Of a stretch of DNA of 64,000 nucleotides, positions 1-11,000 are shown piece by piece. The DNA comes from Phoronis australis (Eukaryota > Animalia > Phoronida). The stretch is taken from positions 206,458 to 270,457 of the forward strand of contig NMRA01000194.1 of the NCBI GenBank assembly GCA_002633005.1, written 5' to 3'. The stretch's first letter is position 1. Each line of letters begins with the position of its first letter. The notes under the pieces are model-generated. The model saw only the letters and a program-made list of their open reading frames with translations. It searched no databases and was not told the origin of the DNA. Both the position numbers and the translations under genes were made by a program.

Positions 1-404
1 GCAAGCAACCATTGGTAGATTAATTTCTGTTTCAAAAACATTTATGTCCAAAAGTCATTGAATGATCTACCTATACCTATAACACCTCTCTAAGAATTGG
101 AGGTAAAAAACAGAATCAAAGATGTGGGATGCAGTCATTAAAGTCTCGTGCAGCAAGAAATAGGTCACTTGAAAACTGTCTGTATCACACTGTTATGTGG
201 CTTCAAGTGTGGTAATGCTGTAGTTGGCTGTTTCCAGGGTTAGGTGGTTATGCAACTTACAGTTCTTGCATTGTGTTCCTTATAAGGACACCTTGGATTG
301 ATAAGACACTTTCAGTGAGATGTGTTTGATCAGAATCAGTCGACTTTGGCGTCACAATCACGTGGTATAGTTCACAAACATTTTATCTAATATTTGGCAC
401 TCAG

Positions 405-780
405 ACACCAGTGGTTACCTTTTCCCAGCCTCCAGACGTCTGGGTACTCTTCATTGTGGTCCCGGATACTCGAGGGTCACCTCTCAACCCCCTTCAGATG
501 TCTAGGTGCTGCCTCATTGCTGCCCTTGGGACACTAGAGGTCACCCCTTACCCTCCTACAGATATCTGAGCACTGCTTAATTGCAGCCCTCGTACACTAG
601 ATGGTCACACCTTCCCGTCCTCCTGTACTGTCTGAGTGCTGTTTCATGGCAGCTCCAGATACTAAAAAGTCACCCCTTACCTCCTCCAAATATCTGGGTG
701 CCGCTTCAGTGCAGCTCGAGACTCTAGAGGTCACCCCTTCCAGTCCTTCAGATGTCTAGGTGCATTCTCATTGCAGCCCG
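405..780. repeat. Degenerate minisatellite, ~60-65 bp unit x6
   Basis: Recurring gacactagaggtcacccctt...cagatgtctgggtgct...cattgcagc starting near 405, 465, 530, 593, 658 and 720. Confidence 0.85.
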
Positions 781-3177
781 TTTGACAAAACATTTATTTC
801 GTGAACTCATGCTGAATGCTCAGTACGGTCCCTCTGTGACATCTCACCGTGTTTGTTGTTATATTGGTCAAAAACATTTGACTGAGATCAACTACAAATG
901 ACTTGAGACTATTTTTGGTTCCTAAGGTGGATGCATACTTTGCTAGCTATACAGTCAGGTCAATGTAGACGTAATGTAAACTGGTCAATATTGCCTGTGT
1001 AAGCCAGACTAGTAGATATGGCTATTGTCATCATGATTTAGATTTGACGGAACAAAGATTTCGTTTGTCACTCTGTGACCTTGTTAAATTAATACTATCT
1101 TTTTTCCAGACACAACATTTTGTTTCTGTATAGTCTCGATAAAAAATGATTCCGAACTAAAATATGTTAATTGCTAATTAAAAATTCACCCGTCATTGGT
1201 CTCGGATTATACGTTGCCTATATAAAGTTTGCCCATCAATAACATACCAGTATTATCTACAGTACAAGACAAAAGTATGAAGATAAAATGCAGTTTCCCC
1301 AGTCAAGGCAGTTTACCCCTTCATGTCGGCTAATTCTGTTAACAGCTAAAATGACTGGTAAGAGCTATTAATGGAAGCAAAATTCTAATACAGTGTGGCT
1401 TAGCCACCTTTCTAACTTTCATGTTCATTCTCGAGCATATAGGATGAGTACTCTCACAAGGAATTTGGAGCCTGTTCCGCCATAATGACTGGGAATTCTG
1501 GGTCATTTTTTCTGAGTACGTATGTTGTATACTGTATGTGCTGACATGTTCTTACCAGGATTCAAGTATTTTATGACATGTTCTGCAACAATGCATGCAT
1601 GGCACCTGTCGCTGTGAGGGAGACATTTAGTTTAAAGTCGCTTCATCTAAAAACTGAATTTCTGATCAGCATTTCTGAATACACCTCACCTGTAGGCTGG
1701 TTACCTTTCCTTTATTAACACAATCATCAGGTATATAACACTCATCACGTGTATAACACTCTGTCTAGTCTTTCTTTATTACAGTCGAAGCTTGCTCAAT
1801 GATTATGGTGCTTTTGTCTTTTCTTGTGGTATTTTGCTATGTTTATGTTTGATATTTTTATGATTTTTGGGTGTTTTGATGTTCTTAGTACTGATATTTT
1901 AAAATTTCATAAGATTCACATTATACGCCTTGTTGTGATTCTGTAAGCATGGAATTACTGTCATCTGGACACACCCTGAAAGTAACTGGCTCCCCTAAAT
2001 GTGCGAAGTTTTCTTGTTTGGCCTTACATATTGCAGCTCGTTTCTAGTATCAAATCATATAAAAATTCAATCCCTGTTAATTAATGGTACCAGTGTTTCA
2101 GCCTGCGTTTTGTATATTTATGCTGGAGAGGCGAGAAACCCCAGATGTACAACTGCCTTTTTTAAAATTTAGTATGTTTGAATACCGGTAACTCCTAATA
2201 TGTAGTTAGAGTGCGTCGTTCTAGTTTCCTATTGCTTGTATTCGCTACGGCTACAGTAGTTATTTCAAACTAGCAGTTAGAAATGTTGGCTTTGGCAAAC
2301 AATAACCAGAAATTATTAGCATTATGTGTGCTGTTTGTGTTCGGTAAGTATTTACTCCAAAAACTCTTTGGCAAAGCTGTCCAAGACCTTACACTGGCAG
2401 CCATTTTGTAAGTCTGCTGGTAAGATATTGCATTTGTGAAAAATTAGGACCATAAACCGAACGTGAACTCATTCCTTTCCAGTTTACTCTGATTGTATTT
2501 TAATGCCAAGTTCTAACATATTTGTATTATTTTTGCTGCAGTTTAATTTCTTTGCAGTCCACTGCAAGTGCTGTTGCCTTTCAAAACTTTGAGTGTCCCA
2601 TGATGCATTGCGATGGTAATGTGTAGTACATATCATTCTGCCCACAGTTGTGCAGTGCAGTCAAGACTGGTGCTATTTCTAACAGCCGGTTTGCTGCTGC
2701 TGCCATCTTGAATGAGGAGATGAGGGCCGGAATTTCCGTGACTAGAAGTGGGGGAGGACTTTAATGAACCACCTTGTCTGTGATTCGTCCAAAACGAGAT
2801 GCAGAATTGGATTGGCGTTTGTTGAAATCTCATTTAACAGATTTTGTCTTTTCATAATATCAAATCGTTTTCATAGCTTGAAGCCGACTCCTGATCGATG
2901 TATTCTGGTTGAAGCATTCACAGTCTGAAATTACTTCGTAGTCTGTTACGCACAAAATAACGATAAGTTCATCTAAAGTTTAACTGTTACAGAAGTCTGA
3001 GAGTACTCCCTTGCATTTATTTGACTTACGGTAGTTATGCATGTCAAAATACTCAGTTTGGTTAAAAGTGAGCTCTTGGGTATTTATTTACAGAAACTTA
3101 TTATTAATTGTGATTGTTGTTTGTAGGAGTTTCAGGATCTTAGCGAGGATGAATTCACAATGTATTTCGTTATCAGA

Positions 3178-3624
3178 TTGTTATACAACTTTGTACTGAT
3201 CTGGAAGGCAATGTTAGTTAATGTGAACCGAGGGGGAGCAATGCTGCTCGACTCCAAATGCCGAGGGTAACATTGCACTGTTGAAATCCATATAGCTTTA
3301 TATGCCTGAGAGATCAGTTTATATTTGTTTTATTGTACAACCATTCAGATGCTTCTATCCTCCGATTTTGTGGTCTGTTTGATATCTGCTTGTTAACGTT
3401 TTAACAGGATGAGCAGTTTATGATTTTTACAGCAGGTAATTGGCCACATCCAAATTCTGAGTAACTTGAATGATAAGTGTGATTTCATGGATAACTTGAG
3501 CTACATCACTTCACAACAGAAGCCATCATGGTGTTTTACTTTAGCCAATCGGAGTGCAGAAATCATCAGGTTTTACTTTAAATTAGCCAATCGGAGTGCA
3601 GAAGTATCACTGGTTGTACAATAA
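3178..3624. mobile_element. Non-autonomous element with nested inverted repeats (Crypton-like architecture, tentative)
   Basis: Perfect 14-bp IR ttattgtacaacca (3330-3343) / tggttgtacaataa (3611-3624). Inner IR ctgatct..gcaatgtta / taacattgc..agatcag around a ccgaggg..ccgaggg core. Duplicated ttagccaatcggagtgcagaa. Confidence 0.45.
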
Positions 3625-4281
3625 GTTGTGTTGTGTGTTTTGATAATGCATTGTGAACTAACTTTATGTTGGTGAATTTAGTACTAAAAAATATTATGTT
3701 GGAAAATGTTGTGAAGTATGTTAGGAATTTTTAGTGATTTGTGATAAAAATACAAGGGTTTCTGTAAGTTTTTAAAGTGGAATAATTGTCTGGGAAGATT
3801 AACCTCAAGTTACAGTGCAATCTCATTAATTTTGAACTAAAAATTATCAAAATAATTGCACTTTCTCACTTCGTAACATTGTTGTGAATCCCCACAAATC
3901 TTCGTATTTCCTGTTGTTAACTATGGCACAGAAGTTTGATATGGCAAACCATTATTCTGATGATGTATATCATCTGCCATATTATGTTCTAAATTGGCAA
4001 GATTTTACTGTGTTAACACTTCATAATGTCAGTGGTGCTGGAGAATAACTGAGAATAGGCCAGTAAGTGCAACAAGTGAAATTGCAAACAACTTCATTAT
4101 GCATTTAGGTGAACTTGACAGTAATGGACTGATGTATTAGCTTTTTTACCAGCGTCGGCTAGGATTTCTTAGATTTTAGTAATTATGCTGTGGTGCGGAT
4201 TGAAATATAAAAATATATTACAAATACAGCTGATCTTTTTTATCAACCTAAGGAGGCTATCCTTAAAGTATTTAATTCCCA

Positions 4282-4298
4282 TTCCACCAGAGGGCGTT
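4282..4298 (+). promoter_or_regulatory. Candidate CTCF site (ttCCACCAGAGGGCGtt) downstream of the NCKAP5-like gene
   Basis: Close visual match to the CCACCAGRKGGCGC consensus; motif evidence only. Confidence 0.4.
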
Positions 4299-5948
4299 CT
4301 TGTGTTAGTCGCACATTCTTTCTGATGGCAATTGTTTACTCTCACAATAAATTGTTTATTGCGAGAGTAAAATCTTATCGAGCAATAACAGTGGCCATTA
4401 GAACGAAAGACTGAAGAATGCCATCTAGGGGACTGGTGCTTGCTTTCCCTTGCCCTGCCTACAATTTTCCGTGATGTGTAGGTTGGTAAAATATTGTTTT
4501 TCACTTTTCATTGTCTGGGTGGAGTCGTTTGTTCCAAAATATTTTTGTACAATTGAGAAAAAATAATTTAATTTGTCCTATTTCAAAATGTTTTCGAGTC
4601 CTGTGCACATTTTAGTCCCGTAGTGCAATGGGAAACATACTTAAAGCAGTTATAAACCTGCCTTCCATCTCAAAATACATCTCGATTTAAACCACTTGTC
4701 ATGAAATTGGTGTCAGATTGTTCTGTCAAATTGGAGATAATTTCAAGGCTTCGAAAGAATTAACAGTTCATTGTTGGTCTAGATCAGGTTCTACAAGAGG
4801 ACTCGCCAGAGCGAGTCATTTTATGACCCGAGCTTGGTCGCGAGGAATAACAAAGTGTCAATTCCTTGCAATCCCAGAAGCCACTTCTCATCCGAGTAAG
4901 GAACAGGTAGAGATCAAGTCATAGTTAGCCGTACGTTACTCGCACCACAAAATATGTGGCAGTGGATGTGTTCTTTGAATTCTGGTGCATCTACGTGATG
5001 AGAATTGTAGTCCTACTTACTGTTTATATGCCACCATAGATTATAGACATAGTCTATGATGCCACCCAGCTTACAACCGTTTTACAATGCATTTGGAAAA
5101 TTTCGGCCGCGCATAGATGAAATCCACCGGTCTAGAGTCCATGACCATGGTTTCCCACGACACTAATTGGTTTGGGGTTCTCTTGCAATATGCACTCGGG
5201 CCCAGACTAGTCACTCGCTCTTGTATTGCGCTATCAACAATACAGTCAAGTTTAAAGTTGTATTATTGAAACAAAACTACTTTATTTGCTAGTGCTTAAA
5301 ATAGTTTTCGTACACTATTTCATGTCTTCACTTTTATTGTTGTTATGTAGGCAAGACTGCGGAAGAATATCGCACACGTCAAAGCTTAAATTTACTGTAA
5401 ACAAAAATATTGTGTGGATTTTTCTCACTCGAAGAGTAATTGATCAATGAATGTTTATGCTGATAAGGATTCTGAAAAGAACGAAGTTGATTTTGACATC
5501 ATCCAGGATTGAGGCATACATTTGGTTGCCTCAGCCGTTATTCACAAAAGACAGGCACAGATCTACATTAGTAACATGACTAGACAGCTCTGATCTATTC
5601 CAACCCATGATTGGTCATAGAAATGTTGTTGAGTACCTTAACAACGAAGGCTGGCCCTCCCAACAGTTACAACGGCACTGCCTGGCCCCCTCATTAGAAT
5701 CTGATCCATGTCAATGTCTGCTGGGTACCAGCAACACATATAATCTCAATGATAATATATCAACTCCCATAACACACAAATAAGAGCGTCAATACAGTGC
5801 AGATATTTTCGGCTTGCACGAAGACAACTGAGCACTGGAAGCTGGAACGAGGCTAGCATAGATCCTAACCACCCGCTGTCAACGTACATTGGGGTAGGGG
5901 GGTCAGTCAATGTTCAAGCGATAACATGGCACTGCAACTCAACTGAGT

Positions 5949-6074
5949 GTCACAATAAATGCTGGCTGAAGGGGAACACAAATTTTCAACATCAGTTCTG
6001 GTCTGTGATGGTCACAATAAATGTTGGCTGAAGAGGACAACACAAGTTTTCAACACCAGTTCTCATCTGTGATT
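5949..6074. repeat. Tandem duplication, ~62 bp x2
   Basis: gtcacaataaatgytggctgaag...ttttcaacaycagttct..tctgtgat occurs twice. Confidence 0.8.
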
Positions 6075-7493
6075 ACCCACAAAAATACAAATATTTATTT
6101 TCAACTTATGACTCGATTTACAAAATAAAATGCAACTGTGCAATAATTGCCAACGGAACAATCCGCTAAAAGCCTCCTTAAATATGTCGAAACACAAAGT
6201 ACAAAATCGAAACCATCTATCAATAAGGAGACGGGCGGACATATACAAATGATTCATAATGAAATCAAAGTAAGTAGCTTTGGCAAAGTCATCCATAATA
6301 CAGCAGAATACAAACATAATTAAGTACATATACGTACAAGGTTTAACACATGAGTATCAATAGAAATTGTGTTCATATTCACAATTGTGTTAATCTCTGC
6401 CCTTGTTCCACAGAAGTGGAATGTCTCTATGATGCACCAAAATAGCAGATCTCACCTGGCTAGAATATTTTTTCTAAATGTTTTGCAAAATAAGAATTGT
6501 CCGTGTACCATAATAACCTTGCTAGATTCGTTGTGAAAATTCGCCGTTTGTGAGGTTATTTTCACATACACTGAAAAAAAACAGCTTACGTCGCATGAAT
6601 GAAAAAACTAAATCACAAAAACGTACTTTTAGGTCCTAAGAATGGTTTCTGATCGTCAGTGCTTACACTTTACAACAAAAGAGGGTTGCAGTATAATTTC
6701 ACCTCATATGATTTCAACTTAAATAACTTATTCGTTATCAAATTAAAACAAAGTGCCTGTAGCACCAACGAGAAGCCACCTTAGCATTGGCCAAAATACA
6801 AGTTTTACCACAACTGAAACAACTGGCAACTCCTGCACTGGTAAAAGGCTTGGTACAGATGTTTTCCAGGTAAATAAATCAACTCTTACAGCACCTGTTT
6901 ACCAATTAAGCAGACCACCCACACACGCACAGAGCAGTTTAGAGACAGACACGTAATTCATCCAGTAAAATCAAAAAAAAATCCTGGCAGTCAATAATCT
7001 AATAATCTTATCTAATTTTATGAACGTAATCTCACAAAAGTCGTTTCAGAATGACACATGGTCACCTGATTAAAAAACAAGACTGTGTAAAACATGGCTA
7101 CACTAAATTCAATTCAATAGTTATCGAATAAAAGCAGAATTTCGAAATTGCTGTGTTCAGACTGAAGCCATCACCCAGGGTGGTAAAGATATGATTCCAG
7201 ACTTCTACGACAAACTTCTTGAATTTAAAGCACAAAATAACACACATGCGACACTTTATTTTGCCAAATTTCTCAAAAATAAAATTTAAAAACTTGACTT
7301 CACTGTTACCAAGTTACTTGCTAGCACGTCAGCATTTACTCCAAAGCACTAAACATTCAAAGCAGGAAAATTACAGTTTTGGAAATTCTACACAGAACTG
7401 AAATAACTTTACTGCGAAATTATGTCAATGTTGAAGTCGTTTTTGTAGATCAGATAGAAATCAAATGGCCATCTCCACACTCCACACATTGCA
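6070..7493 (-). other. Probable 3' UTR of the NCKAP5-like gene with candidate poly(A) signal AATAAA at 6094-6099 (- strand)
   Basis: U-rich on the - strand. The AATAAA is followed by a U/GU-rich tract (tatttgtatttttgtggg). Other AATAAA hexamers exist, so the end is uncertain. Confidence 0.4.
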
Positions 7494-8086
7494 TCAATGG
7501 AGGTCTCCATTTTCATCGGCTGAGAATTCTTCACAGCAGGAGTCACTAAAAGACAGCCTATCTTCCACGTCACATGGGCTACTCAATGTGTCCGAGCTGA
7601 CAGTCGATCGTCTTTCCATTACTGAGTACTTCTGCAGTCCATTAGAAGGATAAAGCCTCCTATCGAGAGACTCCAACAGTTCGTCAGCAAAGTCACCCAC
7701 TTGGCCACGGGAGTCTAAACTGCCAACACTGGACAGATTGCTGGCACTATCCTCACTAACCTTACCCGAGCACTCATCACTCCTACTCCCATCGTCACAT
7801 TGACTCGAACACACTTTAAGAATTAACGACGATTCGGATTGAGCTTGTCCCAGTTTTTCTTCAATCTGATCTCCAGACGTTGCCAAGCCATTGCCACACG
7901 CACAATTCTCACGTGATTCACTTTCGGACACAGAAGCATCTGCCGACAAGTCAGAGCAACTCACGTTATTCAGGAAGTCAAACGTAGCCAAAGCCTCCTC
8001 TTCCTTCTCACCGTAACGAACAAACAGGCTGACAAAATCCAGAGCTGGCCGGGTGACCGTAGTCTGCCGTACTACGCCAAGCTTTC
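7494..8086 (-). CDS. NCKAP5: Probable terminal coding exon of the NCKAP5-like gene (phase 1 start): (G)KLGVVRQTTVTRPALDFVSLFVRYGEKEEEALATFDFLNN...DENGDLH*
   Basis: Strong acceptor cattctccttgcag; extends ORF 7494-7991 upstream; Ser/Asp-rich like exons I and K. It needs intervening exon(s) to fix the phase relative to exon K. Confidence 0.72.
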
Positions 8087-11000
8087 CTGCAAGGAGAATG
8101 ATACCGAATGAGCAAGAATTCTTGGTTCGCCAGGAAAGTGTAGTCTCCCATTTGTTTTCTTCAAGAAATATTCAAGTGGGGAAGGTTAATTAACAAAAGC
8201 TTGCTCCAAGTTACAAAGCACTTTGGGCAAAACAAGGTTGAAGTGTGCTAAGATATTTCACAACTGGTTGTCACTGACATTAACCATAAACACAACATTA
8301 TTGCAAAACAAAAGTGCTCCACACAGTAAGGCTTGGCAAAACTTAATGGTGAAACAATCACCATGGAAAGTCAACCCGCAGGACCCTGGAAATTAATCAA
8401 AAACACAACGGACACCAAATTGGTTTTCAAAATCAGCTATACGATCTATCCTACATTTCTAATTAAAAGATAATCATTATAATCAAAACACAGAAGAGAC
8501 ACACCTGGATGCTTCAGCATCTCCATGGAAACGTTCTCGTAATTTTAAACATCAACCTATAATCCATCAAAAATAGCCAGGACAACTGAGCAGATTCTCT
8601 TACTACCACTAAAGACAAATCTCCACTGATTATCACCCCGCTTCCCAGAGTCTGGGAACACTGTTTTGACAGCATATACTGGCTTGTTTTCTCACCCCTT
8701 GTATGAGGCCAGTGTCACAATTGGACCAAAACAAACCAACAAAGGCTTGTAATGGTTTGAGAAACATCAGAAAGTACATTTACAAAAGCTGTTTAGGCAA
8801 TGACAGAGTATTAGTGGAGATATGCTAGTTATGTAGCAGCTAGTTGACAGAAGAAACATAGAGTGGGCACAAGGACAATACAACAGGAGGGGGAAGGGGG
8901 GCAAAACACAACAGGGAGATCAGATTTCATTGTTGGCCAACTATTTACCATATTCAATATGAGTGAGATGCAACATTAATAATAAGACACTCTCACAAAA
9001 TCGAGTTACTGTGTTTCCGCGAATGACTATTTTTGTAGTCACTTGTACTGCTATATAGGTGCAGATGACAAAATGCAGTGTTGTTTCAGGTAACACGAAA
9101 AAGTTGTGTTAGGCCAGGTGACAAACGACTGCCAACTGATTGGTTGCGTTATGCTTGGAAACTCTTAAATGGCACACACACAATAGATTGTCTTTTCAGA
9201 ACTAGGGCGTTGCGAAGTGTATGGAAAAGACGGATGGCAGCGACGGGCAGCATGTACAATGAAGAATGCTTTAAAACTCTTTCACTGCCCACTTTCATTT
9301 CTCAGTGCCAAAAAATAGCTGCCTTTTGAAATAGCCGCACCATATTGAAATTCACAAATCTGCCATCAGGTCTTTGGTGGACAAGTATTCAGTGCCACCT
9401 ACTAATGCAGACAGGAGGTTTCAACCTACCAGTATAATTATTGTTTTAACAACTTTCCTGCTGTTATAATGGCTGCAAATTTCCACCATTTTTTTCTGTC
9501 ATCTCTTCAATGTATTAACTGTATGATAAAACTGGGTTCACCACTTGGTAATCACAGAAATATACATAAATTATCATGTTTTTGACATCACTGCAATTGC
9601 ACACCTTAGCATGAGTGTACCTTGAAATCACAGCAGATATCGAATTATAGCAGGCACAGATCAGAGCTGTATAGTACCCGAATTGGGGTCTTTTCAAACT
9701 TTGTCAAACAGCTGTGTTTCTGGTACTTGACATGCCAATTAATAGTGCTCCGGCACTGACAGGTAAACAAATACTTCCAGGTGTGGATACAGAGGGGGTC
9801 TAAAGGTTTCAAACTTCCCCTGCTTGACAACCCTAGAAATTAATGGAATAGAGGAATTTAAAGTGCCCCCCCTTGCCAAGATTTACACCAAAATATCAGT
9901 CATCACACTTTAGACCCTTTCCCATACACTAATCTTCGCTGTTCCTGAAGCTTCGATGTTAACTTTGGTTAACCGCAAAGTTAAGCATTAGTGTTCCCAT
10001 CTGATTCGGAGTAGTAGTTCAGCGAAGTTATAGCAAGGAGGCGCTAATATGACCTTTTGTCATGTGGCCTTGTTGTTTTTGACAGTGCTTCCCATCAAAA
10101 ATAGAAACTAGAATGTCAACTTCAAGGACAATGACGATGTACTAGAAAATGACATTTTATATTAAAAAATTTGACTCTTGAGCAGGCTCACTGCTGATCT
10201 AAAAGTGAGACAAAGGTGGTATGGCATGGTGGAAACTCCTTTTGCATTACACACATTCAGTGGTATTTTAATGTAAAGAATCCAGCAAATACATGAATAA
10301 ATTGAAACAGAATGGTTACACCACCAAAATAATAATCATTAGAACAAAATATTAACAAATAATAACCAGTCACAGCCCCCTGTTGGCAATGTTCGGCACT
10401 GGCAACACCGAAGCTTTGGAGCCAGTAGGACGGCTTTTTTGACAGCATACAACAGAGGTAGTTACCAGATAGCAGAGGGCTGAGACGTCCAAGTCTGAAT
10501 TGTTTAAATTCAATGGATGCTGCTATCGATTAAAACTATTGGGGATTATTTACTAATTAAGTGTTCACTGGAATTCAACATGCTTGTAGCTCAGTGGTCA
10601 CAATCACACTGCCATCTAGTGTATGTAACTGCTCTGGATTGATCAACTATTAAATCAGGCAGGTTCTTGCATAACATGTCGGTGGCAGTGGAGGTAAACA
10701 TCTCTCTCACAGCAAATATCTCTCTCATGCCTGATTTCAAATTTCGNCAGAGTCTGGGAACACTGTTTTGACAGCATATACTGGCTTGTTTTCTCACCCC
10801 TTGTATGAGGCCAGTGTCACAATTGGACCAAAACAAATGAACAAAGGCTTGTAATGGTTTGAGAAACATTAGAAAGTACATTTACAAAAGGTGTTTAGGC
10901 AATGACAGAGTATTAGTGGAGATATGCTAGTTATGTAGCAGCCAGTTGACAGAGGAAACATTGAGTGGGCATAAGGACAATACAACAGGAGGGGGAAAGG

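Noticed and set aside
405-780. Repeat array as a possible CRISPR
   Set aside because: Whole units are homologous with no unique spacers, there are no cas genes, and the context is eukaryotic.
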